Below are positions 28,727 to 38,967 of a stretch of DNA of 56,701 bases, piece after piece. Origin of the DNA: an uncultured Opitutales bacterium (GTDB lineage Bacteria; Verrucomicrobiota; Verrucomicrobiia; Opitutales; JABSRG01); contig CAYQKH010000004.1 of assembly GCA_964417945.1 (NCBI GenBank), positions 1-56,701 on the forward strand, written 5' to 3'. The translations under genes were made by a program, and so were the position numbers. Position 1 is the first letter of the stretch. Every line of letters starts with the position of its first letter. The notes beneath the pieces were generated by a model that saw only the letters and a list, made by a program, of their open reading frames with translations, searched no databases and had not been told where the DNA came from.

Positions 28727-29653
28727 ATGGCATATCACCTTATTTTTTCCGGACAGGGCGCCCAACGCGTTGGTATGGGGCAGAGCCTCCATGAGGGGGC
28801 GGCGCGCGTTCGCGATCGCTACGCGGAGGCCACCGGGATCCTCGGGTGGGATGTCGCCGATATCTCCTTCAACGGGCCGGAATCCACCCTTATGGAGACT
28901 CGCATCTGCCAACCCGCCCTTTATTTACAGGGGTTTTGCACCGCGGAATGGCTGCTTTCCGAGGGTGGTCTCGCCAGGGAGGACCTCTGTTCTGCTTTCG
29001 GGCTCAGCCTCGGGGAACTGACCGCGCTGGCAATCGCCGACGTTTTCGATTTCTCAACTGGCTTGCAACTGGTTGCGGAGCGGGGCAGGCTTATGCAGAT
29101 CGCCTGCGAGGAAAACCGGGGTGGGATGGCCGCCCTCATCGGGGGGGATCGAAAAGCCGCCGAAATCCTTTCAAGGGATTTTGATGTGGATATCGCAAAC
29201 TTCAATTGTCCTGGGCAGATTGTTCTCTCCGGGGATGTGGAGGCGATCGGAAAAGCGGCGGCCGCCGCCCCCGAGGCGGGCTTCCGGATGGCCAAGGTCT
29301 TGAATGTCGCCGGTGCTTATCACAGCCGCCTCATGGAGCCGGCCGCCCGGGAGTTCGCCGAAGTCCTGGACAACATCTCCTTCAACCGTCCACGTTTGCC
29401 GATTTACACCAACACTACCGGGCGGGCGATCGAGAAGCCGGAAGATATCCGGACCGCCCTCGTGAATCAGGTTACGGGATCCGTCTTTTTCGAGGACAAC
29501 CTCCGCTATGCGGTCTCGGATGCGGGATCCACCGAATTTATCGAATGCGGTCCGGGAGCAATCCTCGGCGGCTTCATCAAGCGGATCGACCGTTCGTGGA
29601 CCACTCACTCCCTCGCCGATTTTGAGGCTCTACAATCTTTCAACCGCCGTTGA
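28727..29653 (+). CDS. fabD: ACP S-malonyltransferase
   Basis: FSGQGAQRVGMG start, active-site GLSLGELTA, and AGAYHSRLM. I prefer the ATG at 28727, because the ORF start at 28628 overlaps pilT. Confidence 0.92.
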   Translation: MAYHLIFSGQGAQRVGMGQSLHEGAARVRDRYAEATGILGWDVADISFNGPESTLMETRICQPALYLQGFCTAEWLLSEGGLAREDLCSAFGLSLGELTALAIADVFDFSTGLQLVAERGRLMQIACEENRGGMAALIGGDRKAAEILSRDFDVDIANFNCPGQIVLSGDVEAIGKAAAAAPEAGFRMAKVLNVAGAYHSRLMEPAAREFAEVLDNISFNRPRLPIYTNTTGRAIEKPEDIRTALVNQVTGSVFFEDNLRYAVSDAGSTEFIECGPGAILGGFIKRIDRSWTTHSLADFEALQSFNRR

Positions 29654-29670
29654 TCGGCGTCCTTCCGGCA

Positions 29671-31476
29671 ATGTTCACCCCAACCAGAACAAGGAATTTC
29701 TGCATTATCGCACACGTCGACCACGGGAAAACAACGCTCTCTGACCGTCTACTTGAAAGCACCCGCACTGTCCAACAACGAGAAATGAAAGACCAGCACC
29801 TCGACTCGATGGACCTCGAGCGGGAACGCGGAATCACGATCAAGAGTCATCCGGTCAGCATGGTCTATCAGAGTGGGGAAGGGGAGCCTTACCTTTTCAA
29901 CCTCATCGACACCCCAGGCCACGTCGATTTTTCCTATGAAGTTTCCCGCAGCCTCGCTGCCTGTGAAGGAGCCCTGCTTCTTATAGACGCCGCCCAGGGG
30001 GTTGAAGCGCAAACCGTTGCCAACGCCCATCTCGCTATCAACCAGAAACTCGACGTTATCCCCGTCATTAACAAAATCGACCTCCCTAGCGCCGATGTGG
30101 AAAGGTGTAAGCGCCAGATCGAGGATATCCTCGCGATACCCAGCGATGAGGCGATTCTTGCAAGCGCCAAGGACGGAATCGGCGTGCCGGAAATTCTCGA
30201 GGCTGTTGTTCACCGGGTCAGAGGACCCCGCTGGCTGGAATACCCGGCCACCCGCATCCTGATTTTCGACTGCATCTACGACATCTACAAAGGGGTGATC
30301 TGCTATATTCGCATTTTTTCAGGTTCCGTGAAGCCGAACCAGAACGTCGTTCTCATGAGCGATAGCTCCCGCATGCAAGTAAAGGAAGTAGGGCGCTTTA
30401 CGCCCAAGATGATCCCGGAGAAGGAATTGAGGGCAGGGGAGGTCGGTTATCTCGTCACCAACATCAAGGAGGTTGCCGAAATCAGCATCGGGGATACCAT
30501 TACGGCGCATGATCTGACCGCCACGGAAATGCTTCCTGGCTACCAAGAGGTGCGGCCGATGGTCTTCAGCGGAATTTATCCGTTAGACACCGGCGATTAC
30601 GAGAAATTGAAGTCCAGCATGGGTAAACTCCGCCTGAACGACGCGGCCTTGACCTACCAGAACGAGTCTTCGGTTGCCCTCGGCTTCGGTTTTCGGTGCG
30701 GCTTTCTCGGGCTCCTGCACATGGAGGTGAGCGTGGAACGCCTTCGACGCGAATACGACCTCGACATCCTTTCAACCTATCCGAGTGTGGTTTACCAAGT
30801 CACGAAGAGCGACCAGACGCAAATTGAGGTGGATAATCCGGTCAAGCTTCCGGACCAATCTGAGATCGATAAGGTCGAGGAACCGCTCATCCGTGCCCAT
30901 ATCCACATTCCAAACGACAGTATCGGGGATATGTTGGCCCTCATCACAGAAAAGCGGGGGAGTGTGGTCCACACCGAAACCCTCGATCCCACTCGGGTCG
31001 TTCTTGAGGCCAAACTTCCCCTCAATGAAATCCTTGTCGATTTCAATGACCGGCTAAAAAGCATCACGAAAGGATACGGGTCGATGGACTACGAGTTCGA
31101 CGGTTACCAGACCGAAAAGATGGTCCGCCTCGAAATCCTCGTGAACGGCGAACCCGTGGACGCCTTCTCCTCGATTGTTCACATCTCCAAGGCCGAAAGC
31201 CGGGGTCGACAGCTATGTGAGAAATTGAAGGAGATCCTCCCTCGCCAAATGTTCAAAATGGCGATCCAGGCCGCCGTCGGCGGGTCCATCGTCGCGCGCG
31301 AGACCCTTTCCGCCATGCGGAAGGATGTGACCGCCAAGTGCTACGGCGGAGATATCACCCGGAAAAGGAAGCTCCTCGAAAAACAGAAAGAGGGGAAAAA
31401 GCGAATGAAACAGATCGGGAAAGTCTCCATCCCTCAGGAGGCGTTTGTTCAAATCCTTAGATCCTCCCAGTCCTAA
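29671..31476 (+). CDS. lepA: translation elongation factor 4
   Basis: RNFCIIAHVDHGKTTLSDRLL, LIDTPGHVDF, NKIDL, and the characteristic LepA C-terminus (CYGGDITRKRKLLEKQKEGKKRMK). Confidence 0.96.
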   Translation: MFTPTRTRNFCIIAHVDHGKTTLSDRLLESTRTVQQREMKDQHLDSMDLERERGITIKSHPVSMVYQSGEGEPYLFNLIDTPGHVDFSYEVSRSLAACEGALLLIDAAQGVEAQTVANAHLAINQKLDVIPVINKIDLPSADVERCKRQIEDILAIPSDEAILASAKDGIGVPEILEAVVHRVRGPRWLEYPATRILIFDCIYDIYKGVICYIRIFSGSVKPNQNVVLMSDSSRMQVKEVGRFTPKMIPEKELRAGEVGYLVTNIKEVAEISIGDTITAHDLTATEMLPGYQEVRPMVFSGIYPLDTGDYEKLKSSMGKLRLNDAALTYQNESSVALGFGFRCGFLGLLHMEVSVERLRREYDLDILSTYPSVVYQVTKSDQTQIEVDNPVKLPDQSEIDKVEEPLIRAHIHIPNDSIGDMLALITEKRGSVVHTETLDPTRVVLEAKLPLNEILVDFNDRLKSITKGYGSMDYEFDGYQTEKMVRLEILVNGEPVDAFSSIVHISKAESRGRQLCEKLKEILPRQMFKMAIQAAVGGSIVARETLSAMRKDVTAKCYGGDITRKRKLLEKQKEGKKRMKQIGKVSIPQEAFVQILRSSQS

Positions 31477-31491
31477 GCCGCCAGAAGATCG

Positions 31492-32790
31492 ATGAAACGC
31501 AAAGCCAGGAAAAAAGCGGAAGAATTTCTCAACTTCGGTTTTAAGGTCTATCACTTTCGCCGGGACCAGATGAAACCCCACCAGGCCGAGACCCTCCTCG
31601 AGAAACTTGAAGACCTGAAACAAGCGCTCAAAGACCGGCAAAAGGGCGCGGACGTCGCCATTCAACCCAAGTTGGACACCCTCGAGCCGCTCCTGAAAAA
31701 AGTCGGCGGAAAGCTCTATCCGCGAACCTTTCTCAACGACAACGTCGAAATGTTGATCGTCGCCGCCATCGTCGTGATCGGGATCCGCACGTTCTTCGCC
31801 CAGCCCTTTATCATTCCCACCAATTCCATGTACCCCAGCTACGCCGGGGTTACCCATCATCTCTACAAGGAGGATAAGCCCGGCCCAAGTAGTCTCCACA
31901 AGCTTTGGAACCTCGCCACCCTCGGAGCCCGACACAAAGAAGTCATCAGCCCCGGTTCCGGTGAGCTCCTTATCCCGCTCTTCAGTCGCTCCGATGAGCG
32001 TCCCGCCGGTGCGGGGGGAACCCTTGCGTTCCGGGAGGTCCCGGGTAAGGCGTTCGGACTTTGGCCCACCCGCCAGCGCGAATACTTTTTCTTCGTCGGC
32101 TCCCAGCGAACGTTTGTTCCTCTACGTGTTCCAAAGAATTTCATCCTCGATCCGTTGATCGAGGAAAAGATCGAAACTGCCGGAACCCGCGGAGCTTCCG
32201 GTCGGACCTTTATCCAAGGGCAGCCTTTTCTCCGCACTGGCATCCAGCTTCAGGAAGGCGAACCCATCCTTTCCTTTGATATCCGTCTCGGGGATATGCT
32301 CTTCGTTGACCGCATGTCCTATCATTTTGCCAAACCGAAGGTCGGCCAGCCTTTTGTCTTCCGCACGACCCATATCGAGAGCCTCGTCGATCAGCAGGGG
32401 AACCAGGAGGATAAATATTATATTAAGCGCCTCGTTGGTATTCCCGGAGATACCCTCGCCGTTGAGCCGCCCGTTCTCTTGCGAAATGGGCATCCCATCG
32501 AGGGCAGAAAAGCGTTCGAAAACAACCACCGTCAGCTCGGCGAATTTGAGGGCTACGTTGAAGCCAATGCAATTGCTTACGCCAGACTTCGCGGAGTTCC
32601 GATGCCCAAAGGCTACATGCCCCCGGAGGCATCCGTCAATATCCCCGCCGCATATTATTACGCTATGGGTGATAATTCCGACCAGAGCCTCGACTCCAGA
32701 ACTTGGGGCTTTGTCCCCGATAAGGATGTCATCGGTAAAGCTCTTTTTGTCTATTATCCGTTTTCCGGTCGTTGGGGACCCGGACGCTAA
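31492..32790 (+). CDS. lepB: signal peptidase I (long form with N-terminal extension)
   Basis: Catalytic Ser context IPTNSMYPS, Lys box YIKRLVGIPGD, and GDNSDQSLDSRTWGFVP. Follows lepA as in the classic lepAB arrangement. Confidence 0.9.
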   Translation: MKRKARKKAEEFLNFGFKVYHFRRDQMKPHQAETLLEKLEDLKQALKDRQKGADVAIQPKLDTLEPLLKKVGGKLYPRTFLNDNVEMLIVAAIVVIGIRTFFAQPFIIPTNSMYPSYAGVTHHLYKEDKPGPSSLHKLWNLATLGARHKEVISPGSGELLIPLFSRSDERPAGAGGTLAFREVPGKAFGLWPTRQREYFFFVGSQRTFVPLRVPKNFILDPLIEEKIETAGTRGASGRTFIQGQPFLRTGIQLQEGEPILSFDIRLGDMLFVDRMSYHFAKPKVGQPFVFRTTHIESLVDQQGNQEDKYYIKRLVGIPGDTLAVEPPVLLRNGHPIEGRKAFENNHRQLGEFEGYVEANAIAYARLRGVPMPKGYMPPEASVNIPAAYYYAMGDNSDQSLDSRTWGFVPDKDVIGKALFVYYPFSGRWGPGR

Positions 32791-32914
32791 ACCTGTCTGT
32801 CCTCCTGACCGAGCGTCTTGTATTGCGCACAATAAATATTATGTCTAATCTTTTTCGGGGCGGGCACTCCTGGTTGGCATTTTCATCCACAAACCGCTCC
32901 CTATATTGGCCATA

Positions 32915-34486
32915 ATGAGTCCGACTGCCCTTCCCCCTCTTTTTGATTGGTGCCGGGATCGTGGTGCGGGAGTCCTGTTGCACCCGACCTCTTTTCCTTC
33001 CAGCACCGGAATCGGGAACCTGGGATCGCCAGCTCGTCGGTTCCTTGATTTTTTGAAGGATTCGGGAATGCAGTATTGGCAGCTATGCCCGCTGGGACCA
33101 ACAGGATTCGGTGACTCTCCCTATCAATCGTTCTCGGCCTTTGCTGGAAATCCTTACCTGATTGACTGGAAGCCGCTGACCCGTGCCGGATTGATCACCG
33201 CGGACGAACTGGAACCCCTGCGTCGACTTCCCCGGGATCATACGGATTTCGGAATGTTGTATGAGACATTCTGGCCCTTGATGGATCGGGTGGCGACTCG
33301 CTACCTTTCTCGCAAGCCGAGGCCCGCCCTCTATGGCAACTTGGAGGATTTTTTCGAAGATCACCAGGATTGGCTGGAGCCCTACGCATGGTTCATGGTC
33401 CTGAAAAAGGCTCACTTCGGGGGCTCGTGGGACGTCTGGGGACCAAACTATCGCACCTTTTCCGTGGCGTGCAAAACAGGCTTTCCGAAGGACTTGGGGC
33501 AAATCGCCTTCTGGAAAGAGGTTTTCTACCAATATCTCTTCTGGGCACAATGGAAGGAGCTGAAGGAATATGCGAATGCCCTCGGCATCCGGATCATTGG
33601 CGATCTTCCGATCTTTATTTCCTTCGACAGCAGCGATCTTTGGTCGAACCCGCAGCTTTTCCAAGTAGATCAAAAGACCGGGAAATTGGAGGCGGTGTCC
33701 GGGGTTCCTCCCGACTTCTTCTCCGCCAATGGTCAGCTCTGGGGGAACCCCCTCTACAATTGGAATGCGATGAAAAAGGATGGCTTCAGCTGGTGGATGC
33801 GTCGGCTTGCGGCCTCCTTCGAGTTGTACGATATCGTGCGGATCGACCATTTCCGTGGTTTTCACGATTTTTGGAAAATTCCTGCAAAAGCCGAGACCGC
33901 TATCGATGGTGAATGGGTGAATGGACCCGGTTTCCCCTTTTTTCAGGCGACACGGGAACACTTCCCCGATGCCAAAATCATCGCGGAAGATCTCGGAGAA
34001 TTGAGCCCGGGTGTCGAGGTCTTGAGAGGGCAAACCGGTCTTCCGGGAATGGCGGTTCTCCAATTTGCCTTTGATCGTCCCTCCAATGCCTTTCTCCCCC
34101 ACCATCATGAGCAGAACCTCGTCGTCTACAGCGGGACCCACGACAATGATACATCGTGGGGTTGGTTCCATCAGGCTCCCGAATCCACCCGTGACTTTTT
34201 CCGTCGCTACCTTCAGGTGGACGGCTCCAGTGTCCCCTGGGATCTGATCCGGGCGGCCTATAAAAGCCCCGCGAGATTGGCCATCACCCCCTTGCAGGAC
34301 CTGCTCAGCCTCGGATCGGAAGCACGCTTCAACACCCCCGGTACGGATGCCGGAAACTGGCAATGGCGATACCAACCGGCCCAGCTGCAGGGCTTGCTGG
34401 AATCCAGTGGAGCCTACCTTCGGGAATTAGCCTGGATCACCGACCGCGAGGCGGTGTCCTCAGTGCGAGTCTCGCAGGACGATTGA
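32915..34486 (+). CDS. malQ: 4-alpha-glucanotransferase (amylomaltase)
   Basis: GVLLHPTSFPS, GDSPYQSFSAFAGNPYLI, IIGDLPIF, VRIDHFRGF, AEDLG and YSGTHDNDT motifs of GH77. Confidence 0.94.
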   Translation: MSPTALPPLFDWCRDRGAGVLLHPTSFPSSTGIGNLGSPARRFLDFLKDSGMQYWQLCPLGPTGFGDSPYQSFSAFAGNPYLIDWKPLTRAGLITADELEPLRRLPRDHTDFGMLYETFWPLMDRVATRYLSRKPRPALYGNLEDFFEDHQDWLEPYAWFMVLKKAHFGGSWDVWGPNYRTFSVACKTGFPKDLGQIAFWKEVFYQYLFWAQWKELKEYANALGIRIIGDLPIFISFDSSDLWSNPQLFQVDQKTGKLEAVSGVPPDFFSANGQLWGNPLYNWNAMKKDGFSWWMRRLAASFELYDIVRIDHFRGFHDFWKIPAKAETAIDGEWVNGPGFPFFQATREHFPDAKIIAEDLGELSPGVEVLRGQTGLPGMAVLQFAFDRPSNAFLPHHHEQNLVVYSGTHDNDTSWGWFHQAPESTRDFFRRYLQVDGSSVPWDLIRAAYKSPARLAITPLQDLLSLGSEARFNTPGTDAGNWQWRYQPAQLQGLLESSGAYLRELAWITDREAVSSVRVSQDD

Positions 34487-36175
34487 CCCCGAGTGCCCGA
34501 CCAGGAAGGCGAGGTCCGCACCCTTGTCGGCCTGGAGTACGGTATCGATATAGAGCTTTTGGTAACCCCTTGCATTGTCCGGTAAGTCCGGAACATAGCC
34601 CGCACGGCGCCGATCCAATTCTCGGGAGTCGACCAGTAGCTCCAATCGGCCCTCGGGAACATTCACCTCGATCTCGTCGCCATCTTCCACCAGCCCGAGC
34701 ACGCCTCCAGCCGCCGCTTCCGGAGCGACATGCAGAAAGACGCTGCCAAAGGCGGTTCCGCTCATGCGTCCGTCGCTGATGCGGACCATATCTGTGACTC
34801 CGGCATCCAGCATTTTCTTCGGCAGGCCAAAATTGCCAACCTCAGGCATTCCTGGGTAGGCCTTCGGGCCGACGTGCTTCAACACAAGAATAGAGTCCGG
34901 AGTCACCTTGAGCTCCGGATCATTTACCCTCGCCTTGTAGTCTTCGATATTTTGAAAAACGACGGCCTTCGCCCGATGTACCATCAGCTCTGGCGTCGCA
35001 GCCGAGGGTTTGACGATTGCCCCGTCCGGACAGAGGTTCCCCTTTACGACCGCAAGACCGGATTTTTCCTTCAGCGGCCGGTCAAAGGGGTGAATGACTT
35101 CGGGGTTAAAACATTCCACACTTTCGACGTTTTCGAGCACCGTCTTGCCGTTCACTCCGACGACGTCGCCGTGAAGGTAAGGCAACATCTCCCGCATCAC
35201 GGCCGGAAGCCCACCGGCATAATAAAAATCTTCCATCAAGTATTCCCCGGCCGGCATGAGGTTGACCAGAAGAGGCACATTCCGTCCCAGCCGATCAATA
35301 TCCTCAAGGGTCAGGTCGATCCCGAGGCGTCCCGCAATCGCCAGAACGTGGACCACAAAATTGGTCGAGCCGCCAACTGCCGAATTCATGATGACGGCAT
35401 TCTCCAGGGCCTCTCGTGTCAGAACCTTTTGGATCGTCAATTCCTCGCGCACCATTTCCACGATGCGTCCACCCGTCAGCTGGGCGAAAACCTTCCGCCG
35501 GCTGTCGACCGCCGGGATGGCCGCGCTTCCTGGCAGGGATAACCCCATCGCCTCCATCGCACAATTCATCGAGGAGGCCGTCCCCATCGTCATACAGTGG
35601 CCGTTGCTGCGTGCAGCGCACCCCTCGAGGAAGTTGAACTCCTCCTCTGTCATTCGTCCGGCCCGAAAATCTTCGCTGTATTTCCAGAGATCCGTTCCGC
35701 TGCCGACGTTTTTCCCCTGGTATTTTCCATTAAGCATCGGGCCCCCGTTCAACTGGATGGTCGGAATGCCGACGCTGCAGGCGCCCATCACGGTTCCCGG
35801 CGTGGTCTTGTCACAACCTGTTAACAGAACGACCCCGTCGAGTGGATTGCCCCGGATCGATTCTTCCGTGTCCATGCTGAGCAGATTCCGAAACAACATC
35901 GTCGTCGGACGCATTACCGGTTCTCCGAGAGACATCACCGGAAACTCCAGCGGAAAACCGCCCGCTTCCAAAACGCCGTATTTCACATGCTGGGCAATTT
36001 CCCGAAGGTGGGCGTTACATGGAGTCAAATCGCTCCAGGTATTGCAGATGCCGATGACCGGCTTTCCGTCGAATTTATCCTGGGTGTGCCCCTGGTTCTT
36101 TAACCAGCTGCGATGGATAAACCCGTTTTTATCGCGTTTTCCAAACCAGCCACGGCTTCTCAGTTCAGTTTCCAT
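34460..36175 (-). CDS. IlvD/Edd family dehydratase (sugar-acid or dihydroxy-acid dehydratase type)
   Basis: RSRGWFG...HRSW N-terminus, PVIGICNTWSDLTPCNAHL, LTGCDKTTPG, and the Fe-S ligand context. The 3' end overlaps the malQ 3' end by 27 nt (convergent). An SDR gene lies immediately upstream on the same strand. Confidence 0.88.
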   Translation of the reverse strand: METELRSRGWFGKRDKNGFIHRSWLKNQGHTQDKFDGKPVIGICNTWSDLTPCNAHLREIAQHVKYGVLEAGGFPLEFPVMSLGEPVMRPTTMLFRNLLSMDTEESIRGNPLDGVVLLTGCDKTTPGTVMGACSVGIPTIQLNGGPMLNGKYQGKNVGSGTDLWKYSEDFRAGRMTEEEFNFLEGCAARSNGHCMTMGTASSMNCAMEAMGLSLPGSAAIPAVDSRRKVFAQLTGGRIVEMVREELTIQKVLTREALENAVIMNSAVGGSTNFVVHVLAIAGRLGIDLTLEDIDRLGRNVPLLVNLMPAGEYLMEDFYYAGGLPAVMREMLPYLHGDVVGVNGKTVLENVESVECFNPEVIHPFDRPLKEKSGLAVVKGNLCPDGAIVKPSAATPELMVHRAKAVVFQNIEDYKARVNDPELKVTPDSILVLKHVGPKAYPGMPEVGNFGLPKKMLDAGVTDMVRISDGRMSGTAFGSVFLHVAPEAAAGGVLGLVEDGDEIEVNVPEGRLELLVDSRELDRRRAGYVPDLPDNARGYQKLYIDTVLQADKGADLAFLVGHSGSIVLRDSH

Positions 36176-36223
36176 AAAGCAATATTCCTCGCTCGTTTTT
36201 TCAAATTTGATGAAAGAGTCCGA

Positions 36224-37036
36224 TTAGCGGCTGCCCGCTACGACCGTGTCCGTCCCCAGCCCCTCCGGACCCATCGCATTGTAACCTCCGTCCACCGGCA
36301 GATCCGTCCCGGTGATGAAGGAAGCATCCTCGTTGAGCAGGAAAAGCACCGGAGCTGCGCACTCAACGGTCTGCCCCATCCGCTTCAGGAGGTGGAATTT
36401 TCCCCAGATTTCTTCGTAGCGCTCACGGTCGAATCCTGCGGCCTTGTCGTTTTCACGAGTCCAGAACCACCCCGGGCTGACCGAGTTCACCCGGATCCCG
36501 CGATCCGCAAAATCCATCGCCATGCAGCGGGTCAGCTGGTGGACCGCGCCTTTGCTCGCGTTGTAGGTCCAGCGATAGGGTTGCGCGATGTGGGCCGATA
36601 TACTGGAAATGTTCACGATCGCGCCCCCACCCCCCTTCTCCATTTCCGGGGCGACCAGCGCCCCCATACGGGCGTAGGCGATCGGACCGACCTCAAGGCT
36701 CCGTTGCCAGTCTTCCAGCGAGGCATCCGCCGCCACCGCTACGAAGGAGAACGCGTTGTTCACAAGATAGTGCAGCGAGCCAAAAGTTTCCCGACACGCG
36801 TTGAACAGGTCTACACGGAACGCATCTCTTCCCATATCCCCCAATGCATACCGCACCTGCCCGGGATAGGCATCAACCAGTTCGCGAGCCTCCGCATCGT
36901 CAGAGGGAAGGCAGGAAAAAAAGACATGCGCCCCTTCTTTCGCCAACTCCTCGACAATCGCCCGCCCGATCCCCGAGGAACCTCCCGTTACCAGGGCCGT
37001 CCGGCCAGAGAAGCGATTGTAGATGGGCTGACGCAT
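36224..37036 (-). CDS. SDR family oxidoreductase
   Basis: TALVTGGSSGIGRAI cofactor motif, NNAF, and the YNASKGAV catalytic Tyr-x3-Lys. Confidence 0.9.
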   Translation of the reverse strand: MRQPIYNRFSGRTALVTGGSSGIGRAIVEELAKEGAHVFFSCLPSDDAEARELVDAYPGQVRYALGDMGRDAFRVDLFNACRETFGSLHYLVNNAFSFVAVAADASLEDWQRSLEVGPIAYARMGALVAPEMEKGGGGAIVNISSISAHIAQPYRWTYNASKGAVHQLTRCMAMDFADRGIRVNSVSPGWFWTRENDKAAGFDRERYEEIWGKFHLLKRMGQTVECAAPVLFLLNEDASFITGTDLPVDGGYNAMGPEGLGTDTVVAGSR

Positions 37037-37101
37037 GAACCTATAACTATGGGCACTCGCGACCCCTCATACAATACCGAAGTAGCCCGGAGCGTTTCCG
37101 G

Positions 37102-37707
37102 TTAACCGCGCAAGACCTCCCCGATCCAGGAGCGCAACGATTTTAGCGCTTTCGAGCGATGGCTTAAACGGTTTTTAACATCCGGTCCCAGCTCACCAAA
37201 TGTCTTGCTGTAGTCTCGGGGAATAAAAATCGGATCATAGCCAAAGCCGAATTCGCCCCGCGGAGTATCCGTAAGGAAGCCCTCAACCTGCCCTTCAAAA
37301 AAATACGGCTCCTTTCTGCCCGGCCATAGCAGGCAGAGCACGCAGATGAAGGCCGCCGTCCGTTTCCTTTGCGAAAACCCCTTTAGTTCCCTCAGAACTT
37401 TGTCCATATTATCCGCATCACTGGCTCCTTCCCCGGCATACCGTGCGGATCGGACACCCGGCAGACCATCGAGCGCGTCCACGCAGAGTCCGCTGTCGTC
37501 GGCGAGAACGATTTTTCCATCCGCCTTGCCGACCAGCGCCTGGGCTTTCAGCAGGGCATTTCCACGGAAATCCTCGGCCGTCTCCTCTACCCTGGGCATG
37601 CCGCCGACGTGCTCTGCCGGATGAACCTTCACCATGGGATAAGGACGAAGAAGGTGCTGGATTTCTTCCGCTTTATGGGGGTTTCCGGTGGCGAGAACGA
37701 GTTCCAT
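37102..37707 (-). CDS. rdgB: non-canonical purine NTP pyrophosphatase (RdgB/HAM1 family)
   Basis: LVLATGNPHKAEE, DDSGLCVDALDGLPGVRSARY, FGYDPIF and SHRSKAL motifs. Confidence 0.92.
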   Translation of the reverse strand: MELVLATGNPHKAEEIQHLLRPYPMVKVHPAEHVGGMPRVEETAEDFRGNALLKAQALVGKADGKIVLADDSGLCVDALDGLPGVRSARYAGEGASDADNMDKVLRELKGFSQRKRTAAFICVLCLLWPGRKEPYFFEGQVEGFLTDTPRGEFGFGYDPIFIPRDYSKTFGELGPDVKNRLSHRSKALKSLRSWIGEVLRG

Positions 37708-37800
37708 CCTTTTGAAGCCTCAGCAGCTTACACCCTTCTTCCAGAGACTGAAAATGGAAAATAACGCAGGAGAAAGGCAGAGGCAGGGAGCATTGGGAAA

Positions 37801-38916
37801 TTATCGGAGGTGTCCCCGGAGAAGCCGGTCCTCGCCGAATTGGGCAAATTGAGGATCCTTCAACCGGACTCCGTCCGAGAGGCGTTCCGCTTGCTGAAAG
37901 TGTAGCGGACTTTTCCCTGCGGCATCGCCCAGAATAAAAGGTGCCGAGTAGGCAAAAAGGTAATCCACCACTCCATCCGCCAGGAATCGCTGCCCTAGCT
38001 GCTCCCCCGGCTCTAGCCAGATTCCGGTCAACCCCGCATCCCGGCAGCTTCGGATAAAGGATTCCGGGGAAACCCTGCCGTCCGCATTCGCGTCCACTTC
38101 CCAGACCGTGAGGCCTTTATTTTCCGCCAGCGCGCGCCTCGACTCCCCCGGTCCCCGCCTCGCCACGAGGACCGTCCGGTCCACATGGCCATCCGTAAAA
38201 ACCGGGGCCTCCGGAGCCTCGATCAGGCTTCGGAGATCCGAGTCGAGGATAAACCGCCGCGGACACCATTCGTCATGGTCTGGCAGACGGCTGGTCAAGC
38301 GGGGTTTGTCCCGGATGACCGTATTCGCACCAACCGCGATAGCCGGAAAATAGCGTCTCCAGCGCGCGACATCCAATCGGGCCTCGGGTCCCGTAATCCA
38401 TTGCGATTCGCCGTTTGCCGTCGCCACCTTGCCGTCCAGGGTCATGGCCAGTTTCATCGCTACCAGCGGACGGCCCTCCCGTGTGATCGCATGGTTAAAA
38501 ATCAGGTTCAAGTCACGACACTCTGCTTCCCTTACCCCTTCGACGACCTCTACTCCCGCTTCGCGGAGATTTTTCAGGCCGCGGCCATCATGGGCCGAAT
38601 TTGGATCCACCGTCCCCACCACCACCTTGCGGATCCCGCTTTCCAGAATTCTTTGCGTGCAGGGAGGCGTCCTCCCGAAGGTCGAGCAGGGCTCAAGGGT
38701 CACATAAAGGACTGCACCGCGCCCTGGCCTTCTGCCCAGGGCCTCTAACGCCCGAGCCTCAGCATGCCCTTCTCCCGGCTTCGGATGAAAACCACCCGCC
38801 ACCATCTCTTCCCCCTCTACAATGACACAGCCGACCATCGGATTGGGATGGGTGGTGCCCCAGCCTTTTCGGGCCCATTCCAGCGCCGCTCCCATCCAGT
38901 AATCGTGCGACTTCAT
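37801..38916 (-). CDS. ribD: bifunctional riboflavin biosynthesis protein RibD (deaminase/reductase)
   Basis: Deaminase zinc motifs HAEARAL and PCSTFGRTPPC, followed by the C-terminal RibD reductase domain (VAMKLAMTLDGKVA). Confidence 0.93.
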   Translation of the reverse strand: MKSHDYWMGAALEWARKGWGTTHPNPMVGCVIVEGEEMVAGGFHPKPGEGHAEARALEALGRRPGRGAVLYVTLEPCSTFGRTPPCTQRILESGIRKVVVGTVDPNSAHDGRGLKNLREAGVEVVEGVREAECRDLNLIFNHAITREGRPLVAMKLAMTLDGKVATANGESQWITGPEARLDVARWRRYFPAIAVGANTVIRDKPRLTSRLPDHDEWCPRRFILDSDLRSLIEAPEAPVFTDGHVDRTVLVARRGPGESRRALAENKGLTVWEVDANADGRVSPESFIRSCRDAGLTGIWLEPGEQLGQRFLADGVVDYLFAYSAPFILGDAAGKSPLHFQQAERLSDGVRLKDPQFAQFGEDRLLRGHLR

Positions 38917-38967
38917 TCCTCAAAGATTGATGCACCCGTTTGGGTTGACCAACCCAAAAGCGAAACC

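Noticed and set aside
33083-34375. 430-aa minus-strand ORF, plus similar long antisense ORFs at 600-1292, 31213-31935, 32122-32832, 35256-36227, 36113-37105, 39697-40773, 50178-50798, 51204-51749, 51833-52726 and 53383-53922
   Set aside because: Each is fully contained in, or antisense to, a confidently identified gene (malQ, katG, lepA/lepB, the ilvD-like gene, SDR, leuB, lptD, scpA, trxA) and has no recognisable family signature.
34460-34486. Convergent 3' overlaps (malQ/ilvD-like 27 nt, M16/methyltransferase 4 nt at 46656-46659, anti-sigma/ruvA 7 nt at 25181-25187), considered as possible frameshift or assembly errors
   Set aside because: Both partners of each pair have complete, family-typical C-termini. 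Short convergent overlaps are common in compact genomes.
38917-38967. FMN riboswitch upstream of ribD and lysine riboswitch upstream of dapA (27420-27537)
   Set aside because: The ribD upstream gap is only 51 nt. The 118-nt dapA/pilT divergent region is shorter than an L-box, and I could not recognise the conserved riboswitch core sequences in either.
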